From: Candidatus Poribacteria bacterium
GTDB taxonomy: Bacteria; Poribacteria; WGA-4E; PCPOR2b
Assembly: GCA_965208325.1 (NCBI GenBank)
Contig: OZ242326.1
Span: forward strand, 640,001 to 704,000
DNA: 64,000 bases
Direction: 5' to 3'
The position numbers and the translations under genes are program-made. How positions within the stretch are numbered: the first letter of the stretch is position 1; every line of letters starts with the position of its first letter. Of this stretch, positions 41,966-52,208 are shown piece after piece. The notes beneath the pieces are model-generated. The model was given only the letters and a program-made list of their open reading frames with translations, made no database searches and had not been told where the DNA came from.

Positions 41966-42011
41966 TCAAGAAACCAAGTTTTCAAGAAAAAAACTCGGTT
42001 TTCAAAAATTC
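41966..42011. repeat. Palindromic module, near-identical to 40800-40844
   Basis: TCAAGAAACCAAGTTTTCAAGAAAAAAACTCGGTTTTCAAAAATTC. Confidence 0.85.
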
Positions 42012-42154
42012 GGCGAAGCTTTCAATACTCATTATTTTACATCAGACCTAGTCCGATGTAAAGTAACAACCATATTGTCATGGAATTGCGGGGTGCCGTT
42101 GAATGCGCACGGTCAGATGTGCTATACTAGCTAATCTTCAGGGGCGAAAATGAT

Positions 42155-42892
42155 ATGATTGGGAAAACGGCAACCGCATGGCTCGAAGCGAAAAAGCAAA
42201 AATACCTACGCGGGGTAGATCGGCAGACGTCGATTGTTATGCTCGGATCGGCGTTGCTTTTGATATTGTACCGCACCTACAGCCGCCGCAGTTTTTTTCA
42301 CACTCACTTTGCAGACAACTTCGGGGACCATGCGCTTTGGGAACTATACCCCTACTACTACTGGTTTTTTTCGACCACGGTTACGCTGCTGCTGATACCG
42401 GCGCTGGTCGCGATATTGGGAACAAATCAGAAAATTAGAGACTACGGCTTTCGATTGTGCAATGGCAAGTTAGGTTGGGGGCTGGCAGCGGGTGTTTGGG
42501 TGCTTATGGTTCCTTGTGTTATCCTCGCCTTACAGCTATTTCCGGCCTTCCAGAGTAAATATCCGCTATGCAAGTTAGCTGGGAGCCGCTGGCAGCTTTT
42601 TGTCCCGTACGAATTTGCTTACGGCATCTATATGTTCGCTTGGGAATTTTTCTTCCGCGGTTTTATGCTTTTCGGTTTGGAGCGGAAGTTTGGGAACAAT
42701 AGCATCCTGATTCAGACCATTCCATTTGCTGTGATGCACTACAACAAACCGTTACCGGAAGCGATCGGGTCGATATTTGCGGGGGTGTTTCTTGGTGTTT
42801 TCGCATTGGAAACCCGGTCTTTTATTTACGGTGCGGCAATTCACTGGTTTGTGGCGATGACGATGGATGTGTTGGCGGTTGTGTGGAGGTAA
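42155..42892 (+). CDS. CPBP (CAAX protease / Abi) family intramembrane glutamic endopeptidase
   Basis: WEFFFRGF, FAVMH and IHW motifs; multiple TM helices. Confidence 0.88.
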   Translation: MIGKTATAWLEAKKQKYLRGVDRQTSIVMLGSALLLILYRTYSRRSFFHTHFADNFGDHALWELYPYYYWFFSTTVTLLLIPALVAILGTNQKIRDYGFRLCNGKLGWGLAAGVWVLMVPCVILALQLFPAFQSKYPLCKLAGSRWQLFVPYEFAYGIYMFAWEFFFRGFMLFGLERKFGNNSILIQTIPFAVMHYNKPLPEAIGSIFAGVFLGVFALETRSFIYGAAIHWFVAMTMDVLAVVWR

Positions 42893-42897
42893 TTTAA

Positions 42898-43325
42898 GTA
42901 GGTTGGGTAGAGCGGGTTTTATCAAACATGTAAACAATGCGGCAAGAGTTTAGTTTGTCGATTAAGTTTAAAGCATGGAGGTGCAAAGCGAAACCCAACC
43001 TACAAAAACTTTACAGACCGGAGTGTGCTTACTACATCGCGGCTGGAAGCCGCTCCCACAGGAGGTGTGTTGGGGCGAAGACTATGGGAAGACTATCGCC
43101 CTTGCTACTCACTCGGTTGATCCCTCGCTGTTCGGTCGGTTGATCGCTCTACCCAACCTACAAAAACTTTACAGACCGGAGTGTGCCTGCTACTTTATCG
43201 CGGCTGGAAGCCGCTCCCACAGGAGGTGTGTTGAGGCGAAGTCTACTGCGTTTAAAAAACCGAGTTTTGAAGAAAAAACTCGGTTTGAATTGAACGTCGC
43301 GATGCGGAGATCGGTCCCACAGGGG
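42898..43325. repeat. Composite REP cluster with an internal ~158-bp-period duplication
   Basis: ACCCAACCTACAAAAACTTTACAGACCGGAGTGTGC..CGCGGCTGGAAGCCGCTCCCACAGGAGGTGTGTTG occurs twice (~42993 and ~43151). Confidence 0.9.
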
Positions 43326-43336
43326 GAGGATTTCAA

Positions 43337-43364
43337 TTGACAATGGCATGATTTACCTTATAAT
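43337..43364 (+). promoter_or_regulatory. Consensus sigma70 promoter for acs
   Basis: TTGACA-16 nt-TATAAT. Confidence 0.7.
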
Positions 43365-43438
43365 ACGCAACCGTGAAAATTATCTATAAAATCTGATAGA
43401 AATATACATTCGAAACGAAATTCAACTTGGAGGAAATA

Positions 43439-45382
43439 ATGAGCAGCAAAGTCATTCCCCCGGAAAATACGAGTTATCCAATTGCGGATGCCCATATAAG
43501 CAATTTGGAGCAATATCATGAAACGTATGCGGAATCGGTGACAGATCCAGACGGGTTTTGGTCGGAAATCGCCGAACGGATAACATGGTTTAAGAAATGG
43601 GATAAAGTTAGCGAGTACGACTTTGTTAAAGCGGATATCAAGTGGTTTGACGGCGGGAAGCTGAACGCATCGTATAACTGTCTTGACCGGCACGTTGAAT
43701 CCGGGCACGGCGATGCGATTGCGCTCATCTGGGAGGGTAACAATCCGGAGGAAGACAAGACATTTACTTACAGCGAGTTATTGAGCGAGGTAAAGCGATT
43801 CGCGAATGCACTCAAAACGATGGGTGTACGCAAGGGCGATCGGGTCTGCATCTATTTACAGATGATTCCAGAACTGCCGATTGCTATGTTGGCTTGCGCC
43901 CGCATCGGCGCGGTGCATTCGGTGGTGTTTGGCGCGTTTTCGGCGGAAGCGCTGCGCGATCGAATCAACGATTCGGCGTGCAAGATGTTGATTACGCAGG
44001 ATACCGCGGTACGCGGCGGGCGCGGCGGACTTCCGATGAAAGCGAACGCCGACCGTGCGGTTGCTGAATGTCCTTCGATTGAACGCATAGTCGTTGTACG
44101 CCGAACCGGCGATCGCGTCGACTTCGATTCTTCACGTGACCTCTGGTGGCACGACGTCATGGAGAACGCAATCGAAGCGTGCAAGCCGGAGGCAATGAAT
44201 GCCGAAGACCCGCTGTTCATCCTTTACACTTCCGGGTCAACCGGCCAACCGAAAGGTGTACTTCACACCACGGCTGGTTACCTACTTTATACCTCCTACA
44301 CCCACGAGACAATTTTTGATTACCGCGAGGGTGATGTCTACTGGTGTACGGCTGACATCGGCTGGATTACCGGACACTCCTACATCGTGTACGGTCCGCT
44401 TGCGAATGGAGCGATTAGCGTGATGTTTGAAGGCGTTCCGAACTATCCAGATTTTGGGCGGTTCTGGCAAGTTGTGGAAAAGCATGGCGTCAACCTATTC
44501 TACACGGCACCGACGGCGCTGCGCGCTTTGATGAAGGAAGGGGATGCGTGGGTCGAGAAATTTAACCGATCAACACTGAGGCTGCTTGGGACGGTGGGTG
44601 AACCGATTAAGGAACCGGAGTGGCTCTGGTACTACAACGTTGTCGGGGAGGGACGATGCCCAATCGTCGATACGTGGTGGCAAACCGAGACGGGCGGCAT
44701 AATGATCACACCGTTGCCAGCGGCAACGCCGCTCAAACCGGGCTCTGCAACCTTGCCGTTCTTCGGTGTCGTGCCTGTGATTTTGGATGAGGCGGGCAAC
44801 GAGGTCGAAGGCAATTCCGCAAGCGGATACTTGTGTATCAAAACGGCATGGCCAAGCTTGATGCGGACGGTTTACGGCGATCACGAACGCTTCCGGCAAA
44901 CTTATTTCGACCGATTTCCCGGTTACTACATGACTGGGGACGGCGCACTGCGCGACGAAGACGGGTATTATTGGATCACTGGACGTGTGGACGATGTGCT
45001 GAACGTCTCCGGCCACCGATTGGGCACCGCCGAAATCGAGGGAGCAATCGGCCAGCATGCGACTGTGGCTGAAGCGGCTGTTGTTGGATTCCCGCACGAG
45101 ATAAAGGGGCAGGGAGTGTATGCGTATGTCACACTGATGACCGGCGAAACGCCAACTGACGAGATTGAAAGCGGCATTATTGGTGCGGTCCGCCAGCATA
45201 TCGGACCGCACGCTACACCGGATAAAATCCAGTTTACACCGGCGTTGCCGAAAACGCGGTCAGGCAAGATTATGCGGCGTATCCTTCGAAAGATTGCTGA
45301 AGGCGACCTCTCCAATCTCGGCGACACCTCCACGCTCGCCGATCCGGCGGTGGTCGAATCGCTCGTTGAAGGGCGGAAGTAA
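43439..45382 (+). CDS. acs: Acetyl-CoA synthetase
   Basis: [34 protein letters not shown] and [15 protein letters not shown] after GGAGG. Confidence 0.97.
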   Translation: MSSKVIPPENTSYPIADAHISNLEQYHETYAESVTDPDGFWSEIAERITWFKKWDKVSEYDFVKADIKWFDGGKLNASYNCLDRHVESGHGDAIALIWEGNNPEEDKTFTYSELLSEVKRFANALKTMGVRKGDRVCIYLQMIPELPIAMLACARIGAVHSVVFGAFSAEALRDRINDSACKMLITQDTAVRGGRGGLPMKANADRAVAECPSIERIVVVRRTGDRVDFDSSRDLWWHDVMENAIEACKPEAMNAEDPLFILYTSGSTGQPKGVLHTTAGYLLYTSYTHETIFDYREGDVYWCTADIGWITGHSYIVYGPLANGAISVMFEGVPNYPDFGRFWQVVEKHGVNLFYTAPTALRALMKEGDAWVEKFNRSTLRLLGTVGEPIKEPEWLWYYNVVGEGRCPIVDTWWQTETGGIMITPLPAATPLKPGSATLPFFGVVPVILDEAGNEVEGNSASGYLCIKTAWPSLMRTVYGDHERFRQTYFDRFPGYYMTGDGALRDEDGYYWITGRVDDVLNVSGHRLGTAEIEGAIGQHATVAEAAVVGFPHEIKGQGVYAYVTLMTGETPTDEIESGIIGAVRQHIGPHATPDKIQFTPALPKTRSGKIMRRILRKIAEGDLSNLGDTSTLADPAVVESLVEGRK

Positions 45383-45431
45383 CTGTAGTCATCACAACGG
45401 TAAGCTAGCTAAACATTGTGGAGGTACCCAT

Positions 45432-45926
45432 TTGCCCTCAGCGGAAAAGATTGTGGACGAACTAAAGAAATGGGATGTGACGCATGTGATTGGCCTGCCC
45501 GACAATGGGAGTGCAGAAATTTATCGCCGGTTTGACCGAGATGCGGAGGTGGATGTCATCACCGTGAGCCGCGAGGGAGAAGCCTTCGCCATTGCATCAG
45601 GCTTGTACGTCGGCGGAAAGCGTCCCGTCGTCTTAATTCAAAATACGGGGTTTCTGGAGTCCGGGGACGCCTTCCGCGGGACAGCCTTCAACATGAAAAT
45701 TCCGTTGGTGACGCTAATCGGATATCGGGGGTATCATTCGATGGGTGCAGATGACGATTTCGTCGATACGGCGGCGACGTTCCTCGAACCGACGCTTAAA
45801 GCGTGGGGGCTTCCGTACAAAACGATTAAAACGGACGATGATGTTGGGTATATCAGCGACGCCTTTCGGGAAGCAGGTGCGGCATCTATGCCGAGCGCGG
45901 TGTTGATAGTTGGTATTTGTACGTAA
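45432..45926 (+). CDS. TPP-enzyme N-terminal (PYR) domain protein, ComD/phosphonopyruvate decarboxylase alpha-like
   Basis: TTG after GGAGG; IGLPD, SREGEAFAIASG, IQNTG and IGYRG. Confidence 0.75.
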   Translation: MPSAEKIVDELKKWDVTHVIGLPDNGSAEIYRRFDRDAEVDVITVSREGEAFAIASGLYVGGKRPVVLIQNTGFLESGDAFRGTAFNMKIPLVTLIGYRGYHSMGADDDFVDTAATFLEPTLKAWGLPYKTIKTDDDVGYISDAFREAGAASMPSAVLIVGICT

Positions 45927-45932
45927 AATAAA

Positions 45933-46372
45933 ACCCCTCTAGCTCCTCCTTGGTAAGGGGGAGGACATTTCGCGTAGGTCGAGATTCGGAGATCGCTCCT
46001 TCACGAGGGAGAATAAAGTCGTTGGGTTGCGCTTGAAGGAATTGTCTGAACTGTGATTCGTGTGATTAAATGATGGGCTATGATTAAGAGCGCGAATATC
46101 CTTTGGGTGTCGACATGATTTTGCACGTAGGTTAGCGCGGGATTGTTGCACATAAAATTGGTATGTTGATTGAGTGCAAGAAATGCGTGCCTGCATCGAA
46201 ACCCAACGCTTTTTTGTCGTCGAGAGGTTTGAAAAGCGTTGGGATTCGCTACATGTAATTTGCAATTGGCAATTTTTTTTCGGTTCTGTACTGTCAACTC
46301 ACTCGGAACGGTTTTGGCATTACCCGCTCTACCCAACCTACAAGAACTCCTTAATAAGGGGGGTTAGGGGAG
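45933..46372. repeat. Degenerate composite REP cluster
   Basis: CCCCTCTAGCTCCTCCTTGGTAAGGGGGAGG; GTCGAGAGGTTTGAAAAGCGTTGGG (shared with the 421-bp unit); CTCTACCCAACCTACAAG. Confidence 0.85.
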
Positions 46373-46482
46373 GTAACCCGCCAAAACTTTTTCATTTACC
46401 TGATATTTCAGAGTGTGATAAAATGTAAGCGATTGCAATTCCATCCTGTGAAATTAACTCATTTACTTAGGAGGAAAAATTT

Positions 46483-47286
46483 ATGTCAAGATTAACCTTG
46501 TTGTGCACGATTGTCATGGCTGTCGCGCTGGTGCATTCGGGCATCAGCGACGCGGCGATAGATCCCTCGACTGCAATGGGAATATGGCTGTTGGACGAGG
46601 GAAAGGGCGATATAGCGGTCGATTCGTCTGGCAACGACCATCACGGGACAATTAACGGCGCCCAATGGGTAGACGGAAAGTTCGGCGGCGCATTGAGTTT
46701 TGACGGTCAGGACGATTTCGTCGATTGCGGCAATTCTGAACTATTGAGAATCAGCGCCGGTTCCATGGCTGCATGGATAAGCATTAACGTCAGCGACGAC
46801 AGCGGTTTATCCGCGGTGACACTTCCTTATGATGACGGGGACGCGTGGGACGATCCTTGGCGGAGTTTGGGATTGGGTTCATGGCGAGGTTCGTTGCGCT
46901 ATTGGCTGGCAATTGACGGGAATAACGCCGAAATGCAACCGGGCGACATCAATACGAATCAATGGTATCATCTGGTTGCGACGTTTGATGGGACTAGCCG
47001 GAAAGCATATCTTGACGGCGAGCTCAAGTTTGAAGCTGAAACGCCGGGTACGATTATTTACGGCGATCCGAAGCCTTCGTTTGTCATTGGGGACCGTAAT
47101 GTAAACCGTGCCGCGTCCGGAGAGCGCATGAACGGCCTCGTCGACGATGTCGGTGTGTTTAATGTTGCGCTAAGCGACAGCGATGTTTCGGACATTATGA
47201 ACAATGGCTTGCAAGGCGTTGTTGCGGTAGAACCGTCCGGCAAACTGGCTACGACTTGGGCGACAGTAAAAAACCGGCGTGATTAA
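46483..47286 (+). CDS. Secreted LamG-like jellyroll domain protein
   Basis: AGGAGG RBS; signal peptide; WLLDEGKG, DGKFGGALSFDG and WYHLVATFDG; tail AVEPSGKLATTWATVK. Confidence 0.88.
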   Translation: MSRLTLLCTIVMAVALVHSGISDAAIDPSTAMGIWLLDEGKGDIAVDSSGNDHHGTINGAQWVDGKFGGALSFDGQDDFVDCGNSELLRISAGSMAAWISINVSDDSGLSAVTLPYDDGDAWDDPWRSLGLGSWRGSLRYWLAIDGNNAEMQPGDINTNQWYHLVATFDGTSRKAYLDGELKFEAETPGTIIYGDPKPSFVIGDRNVNRAASGERMNGLVDDVGVFNVALSDSDVSDIMNNGLQGVVAVEPSGKLATTWATVKNRRD

Positions 47287-47292
47287 GGTCTG

Positions 47293-47325
47293 AACCTTCG
47301 GAAGGCGTCTCGCCTTCCGAAGGTT
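47293..47325. repeat. Perfect 15-bp hairpin between tandem LamG genes
   Basis: AACCTTCGGAAGGCG-TCT-CGCCTTCCGAAGGTT. Confidence 0.75.
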
Positions 47326-47356
47326 ATTCAAATTCGGGTGTGGGAGGTGACGACCT

Positions 47357-48151
47357 ATGGGGCGGTTAATTCAAACATGCGTGATGTGCGCGGTAGCCGC
47401 ACTGATGTTTAACGGTGCCGGTGACACAAAAATTGACCCGGAAACGGCTGTGGGTGTTTGGTTGCTAGATGAGGGCAGCGGAAATACCGTTTCGGACATC
47501 TCCGGCAACGGGAATGACGGGGAATTCGTCGGCGAACCCAAATGGATTGACGGGGTGTTCGGCAAGGCGCTGCATTTTGACGGTAAAGACGACATGGTTC
47601 CGGTCGGTCAAAACGAAGTTTTACGCGTGAGTGAAGGAACGATGATGAATTGGATCAATACGCAGACCGCCAACGACATCGGTTTATCTTCGATGACCAT
47701 TCCTTATGACGATGGACCGGCGTGGGATGCGCCGTGGCGGAGTTTGGGACTCGGCACATGGCAGGGTCAACTTCGATATTGGATTGCGATTAACGACCAG
47801 AATCGGGAAATACAGCCGGGCAACATTGAGGCAGATCGCTGGTATCACGAAACGATTACTTTTGACGGCGAGACACGTAAAGCGTACCTTGACGGCGAAC
47901 TTGTACAAGCGGTCGATGGGCCGGGCGAAATTACCTATGGGAAACCTACACCAACTGCTGTAATTGGCAGCGCAAGCATCGCGGTTCCCAGAGAAATGTT
48001 TAATGGTTACGTAGATGAAATCGCGATTTTTAACGTCGCACTTAGTGAAGAGGACATTAACGACATTATCGAAAACGGACTTAATGACATCTTAGCGGTC
48101 AATCCCAAACGGAAGGTAACCACGACTTGGGCAGCTATCAAAAGCGAATGA
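47357..48151 (+). CDS. Secreted LamG-like jellyroll domain protein (tandem paralog)
   Basis: GGAGG RBS; shares PYDDG.AWD.PWRSLGLG with the upstream gene; tail AVNPKRKVTTTWAAIK. Confidence 0.88.
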   Translation: MGRLIQTCVMCAVAALMFNGAGDTKIDPETAVGVWLLDEGSGNTVSDISGNGNDGEFVGEPKWIDGVFGKALHFDGKDDMVPVGQNEVLRVSEGTMMNWINTQTANDIGLSSMTIPYDDGPAWDAPWRSLGLGTWQGQLRYWIAINDQNREIQPGNIEADRWYHETITFDGETRKAYLDGELVQAVDGPGEITYGKPTPTAVIGSASIAVPREMFNGYVDEIAIFNVALSEEDINDIIENGLNDILAVNPKRKVTTTWAAIKSE

Positions 48152-48274
48152 AGTAACGCAAACCTAGGGATTGCATCTGTGCAAATGGCAGCCCAAAATC
48201 CCCCTGAAGAATTGCATTGGCATAGCGTGGACTGTTACTGCACGACATGCACACGCGCGCTTTGTAGTTGAACT

Positions 48275-48510
48275 GAAACCGAGTTTTGGGGAAAAACTGT
48301 ATTAGTCAAAGAGAAGGTTGACACTGACGACCCTTTCTAATTTGATCTAAATTTCCAAATTCAGACTTGGATCTCGGTCTTGGCGCGAGTGCAAAGCACT
48401 TGACCCCCTCTAGCTCCCCCTTAGCAAGGGGGAGGATTTTCGGATGCTGGCGGCAACGTGCGCAAACGATCCTCTTGGCCATTACAGTTTTGGGGAAAAA
48501 CTCGGTTTCT
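48275..48510. repeat. REP-like cluster
   Basis: AAACCGAGTTTTGGGGAAAAACT, CCCCCTCTAGCTCCCCCTTAGCAAGGGGG and TTTTGGGGAAAAAACTCGGTTT. Confidence 0.75.
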
Positions 48511-48546
48511 TAGCGCGTATCCGTTGAAACCCGTGAAAAAGTTATG

Positions 48547-48589
48547 AAAGCCAGAGAGTGAGTGAACCCTTTCTGGCTTTTTGATTTTT
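48547..48589 (+). terminator. Putative intrinsic terminator
   Basis: AAAGCCAGAGAG..CTTTCTGGCTTT stem followed by TTGATTTTT. Confidence 0.55.
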
Positions 48590-48882
48590 ATGCCTGAATA
48601 TTCGTACCTCGTTTAACAGCTTCTGTCAAGGGAAATGAGACCTTTAATCCAGGTGGACACGAAGACTAGCGCAATTGCAGCGGGTAAACCGGGCGCAATA
48701 AACTCTCTGCGTACTGATCGTTCAACGCTAGCCAAAATCCGTTGAAATTGTTTATGGGAATCATTGGGGCACGCCGCGGAATGGAAGTTACGGGCATCGT
48801 TGCGCACGGGACGCACCGGGCGGCATTCGGATATAGTCTGGAGAAGCCGATGTGACGATTCATGTTGGAGATTGGCTAAAGG

Positions 48883-48911
48883 TTGACGTTAATTTCGGGC
48901 TATGTTATAAT
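48883..48911 (+). promoter_or_regulatory. sigma70 promoter for the SDR-glycosidase operon
   Basis: TTGACG-17 nt-TATAAT with TGn extension. Confidence 0.75.
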
Positions 48912-48962
48912 CCCAACCGGATACAGGACCAAAAAAAATGTGTTTTCGGAAGGGTAACCTTG

Positions 48963-49754
48963 ATGGCGGATCGATTAAAAAATAAGGTGGCGTTGATTAC
49001 CGGCGGCGGGACGGGTATCGGCAAGGCGATTGCCACTGTTTTTGCGCGGGAGGGCGCAAAAGTGGCTGTATCGGGTAGGACTGCCAGCACTTTATCTGAA
49101 ACCGTCTCGCAAATCAACAATGAAGGAAATGATGCGATTTACGTGCAGGGCGACGTGTCTATCGCAGCAGATGCCGACCGCATGGTTGAGGAGACCGTCA
49201 GGCAATACGGCAAACTTGACGTGTTGGTCAACAATGCGGGGGTTCGGGCAAGTATTTTGACGGTATTGGAATTGACGGAAGATGAATGGCAGCGAACCTT
49301 TGACATTGATGCAAAAGGGACGTGGCTCTGCTCGAAAGCGGCAATTCCTGAAATGCAAAAGGCGGGCGGCGGTTCCATTATCATGATTTCATCTAATTGC
49401 GCTTATATCGGACTCCGCAAACAGGGGGCGTATAATGCCGCCAAAGCAGCTCAAGAGCTCCTGATGAAGTGCATGGCTCTAGACTTCGCACCCGACAAGA
49501 TTCGCGTCAATTCGATTTGTCCGGCGTGGGTTAAAACGGAGATGAACCGCGAACAGTTAGCCGAGATGGAAGCCAATCCGGATCAGGAGTTTCCGCCCGG
49601 CTTTAAGTATACCGATGTTGTTGACCTGCATCCCATCGGGCGCATCGGTGAACCGGAGGATGTGGCTTGGGCGGCTGTCTATTTTGCGTCCGACGAATCT
49701 ACTTGGGCTACCGGCTCCTCGCTTGCACTCGACGGCGGATATACGTGCCAGTAA
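48963..49754 (+). CDS. Short-chain dehydrogenase/reductase
   Basis: TGGGTGIG, NNAG, YNAAK and IRVNSICP. Confidence 0.93.
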   Translation: MADRLKNKVALITGGGTGIGKAIATVFAREGAKVAVSGRTASTLSETVSQINNEGNDAIYVQGDVSIAADADRMVEETVRQYGKLDVLVNNAGVRASILTVLELTEDEWQRTFDIDAKGTWLCSKAAIPEMQKAGGGSIIMISSNCAYIGLRKQGAYNAAKAAQELLMKCMALDFAPDKIRVNSICPAWVKTEMNREQLAEMEANPDQEFPPGFKYTDVVDLHPIGRIGEPEDVAWAAVYFASDESTWATGSSLALDGGYTCQ

Positions 49755-49819
49755 CTAGTAATTTACGTCCTCGAATCGAGGCAGGTCGCTATATTTAACA
49801 GAACTGGTAAACAAGAATT

Positions 49820-52144
49820 ATGGAGCATCATTCAGTGAAATTCACAGAAGATGTGTTACAGCGCAACGATTTAGTGTATAAGGTGCTTCCGCCCCGGTGG
49901 GTATTTGGGTTGCCTATCGGCAACGGCCAGGTCGGCGGCATGATTTGGGTGGAGGACGAAACGAAAATTGTCGTCACACTTGACAGCGTTTGGGCATGGG
50001 ATTACCGGCAAACGCCGATACAGCAACCTGAGAAGAATAACTACGCGCGATTTCGAGAACTCATGGCAGCCGGCGAGGAAGAGGAAGCCCAGCAGGTTTT
50101 GAGGCCCGGAGGCATACAACCCACCAAGACCTACGTGGGCCGGCTCGTGGTTGATGTGGGGCGAAAAATTACGGGCGAAGCGCGTTTACGCTTAGCCGAT
50201 GCTGAGGTTGAACTTGAAGCACTGGCGGACAATGGGGAGACGATTCACCTAAAGTTCGCCGCCTATGCGAGTTTGGCCGCCATCGCGGTACAGCACAAAC
50301 CTCGCTCGGCGATAAAGGAGATTCGGCTTGAGCGGCTTCCGGCAGACAGCGTCGGGCTCCATAGCGTCCCGGACCTTGTAACCGGTACATCGAATTCCGT
50401 TGAATGGATACGTCAGGACATTCCGAGTAGTCCGTCGATTGTGATAGCGTTGCTTTCGGAGGAAACACAATCCTTTGCAACCGTCCAAGTCGCGCGGAAT
50501 GGCTTAGATCCCGTAGAAGAGGCGGTAAAAATACTTGAGTCGGCGGCGGTTAACGCTAGCGCGCACCGCGAAGAACACCGTTCTTGGTGGGCGAGGTTCT
50601 GGGAGAGATCGGCGGTTCAGATGCCCGACGAAAAAATTGAGTCGGTCTGGTATATGGGATTGTATATGCTAGCTTCAGCGAGCCGCGAGGGCGGTTGCGC
50701 GGCGAGCCTGCACGGTCTCTGGTCGCCTGACAGTTGCATCCCTCCGGCGCTCGGTTTTTATATTTGGGACTTTTATTCGCAGCATTGGGGGCTTTACACA
50801 GCGAATCAGTTAGAAATCGGGGAGGTTTTTTGCGATCATTTCTTGTCGATTCTTCCGCGCCTTAAAGAAGAGACGCAGCGTTTTTATGGATGGGACGGAG
50901 TTTTCGTCCCCGGATTCATGATAGTCGATGGATCATGGATTTATCTCGGCCACAGCCAATTATTGATTTGGCCCGGAACCAGTGCATGGGTGGCGCAGGC
51001 GTTCTGGTGGCAATATCTGTACAGTAACGATGTCAATTTTCTGCAACAGAAAGTCTATCCGTTTATGCGAGAATGTATGTTGTTCTATGAAGGATTGCTT
51101 GAGAAAGAGGACGACGGCAAATACCATTTGAACGTGAGCTACGCTCCCGAATTTAAGAGCTGGATCCGCGACGACACACTTAGCTTAGCCGTGATTCGAT
51201 ACCTCGTTGATGGGCTGTTGCGAGCAGTAGAGATACTTCAGAACAATGAACCTCATCTCGCCGTCTGGCAAGACATAGCTGAGAATCTCCAAACCTACCA
51301 CGTAAACGATTCGGGATTGATGTTCGGAGAAGAGTTGCCGTACACAGAATCGCACCGCCACATGTCGCATCTTGGACCGGTCTACCCGTGCGATAGCATG
51401 AACATTGACGGGTCTTCGGAAGATCGCCAACTCATCGACCGGACGATAAACCACGTCATCCTTAATGGTTACGGAACATTCGTCGGGTGGGCGTTCGTAT
51501 GGCTGTCAGCGATTGCTGCTCGAGCCGGGCGCGGGCAGATGGCGTGGTGGACGCTCAAGCAGTTTGCAGACGCTTTCGTGCCCTGTAACACGTACAATCT
51601 CAACCTTGATTGGGAGCGGAACGGCATCTCTATCCAGCCAGACACCTTGTGTGTCGATGGAAATATGGGCGCCGTAGATTCGGTCAACCAGATGCTCTTG
51701 CAGAGTTGGGGCGGCCGTATTCGTGTGTTTCCCGCGTGTCCCAGCCATTGGCGCGACGTCCGGTTCGACAACCTTCGCTGCGAGGGCGGCATACTGGTAT
51801 CGGCGGTGCGTTCAAAGGGACAGACACTAGGCGTTCGGCTGGAATCTGCGTCAGAAGCACGAGTTCGACTGAGAAACCCATTTAGTGATGCCGGCGGTTA
51901 TCTCGACGGAGCGCCGATTCAACCCGATGCGGACGGAGATTTAGTCGTCAGTCTTAGCGCCAGACAAGCGGTATGGTTGACCATCACATCCGAAATCGCA
52001 GAAATAGACTTGTGTGAGTTCACCGTCGCACGGCCAGAAGCGATGCGGAACCCGTATGGGCTGAAATACCTTGAAGATGCGTGGTTGACTGATAATCCGG
52101 ACATTCCAAACGTACACCCCCACTTTCGAGATACTTTCATCTGA
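49820..52144 (+). CDS. GH95-like glycoside hydrolase (alpha-L-fucosidase/galactosidase-like)
   Basis: GLPIGNG, LHGLW, YAPE, HRHMSHL, DGNMG, MLLQS and RVFPACP..W. Confidence 0.75.
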   Translation: MEHHSVKFTEDVLQRNDLVYKVLPPRWVFGLPIGNGQVGGMIWVEDETKIVVTLDSVWAWDYRQTPIQQPEKNNYARFRELMAAGEEEEAQQVLRPGGIQPTKTYVGRLVVDVGRKITGEARLRLADAEVELEALADNGETIHLKFAAYASLAAIAVQHKPRSAIKEIRLERLPADSVGLHSVPDLVTGTSNSVEWIRQDIPSSPSIVIALLSEETQSFATVQVARNGLDPVEEAVKILESAAVNASAHREEHRSWWARFWERSAVQMPDEKIESVWYMGLYMLASASREGGCAASLHGLWSPDSCIPPALGFYIWDFYSQHWGLYTANQLEIGEVFCDHFLSILPRLKEETQRFYGWDGVFVPGFMIVDGSWIYLGHSQLLIWPGTSAWVAQAFWWQYLYSNDVNFLQQKVYPFMRECMLFYEGLLEKEDDGKYHLNVSYAPEFKSWIRDDTLSLAVIRYLVDGLLRAVEILQNNEPHLAVWQDIAENLQTYHVNDSGLMFGEELPYTESHRHMSHLGPVYPCDSMNIDGSSEDRQLIDRTINHVILNGYGTFVGWAFVWLSAIAARAGRGQMAWWTLKQFADAFVPCNTYNLNLDWERNGISIQPDTLCVDGNMGAVDSVNQMLLQSWGGRIRVFPACPSHWRDVRFDNLRCEGGILVSAVRSKGQTLGVRLESASEARVRLRNPFSDAGGYLDGAPIQPDADGDLVVSLSARQAVWLTITSEIAEIDLCEFTVARPEAMRNPYGLKYLEDAWLTDNPDIPNVHPHFRDTFI

Positions 52145-52208
52145 TAGGGTGTCAGCCTTGAGCGGGTAGCGTCTCGAAAATACTTATCTGAGGAGATGCC
52201 TTAGCCTA

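Noticed and set aside
42975..46428. ORFs at 42975..43340, 43158..43349, 45939..46265, 46001..46336 and 46174..46428
   Set aside because: They are translations of REP clusters
48155..48205. ACGCAAACC..ATGGCAGCC faintly like a c-di-GMP-I riboswitch
   Set aside because: The upstream GCAAAC..GAAA stem is missing and the motif is at a gene 3' end
48613..48863. Short minus-strand ORFs between the LamG pair and the SDR
   Set aside because: No recognisable motif or RBS; cannot be supported
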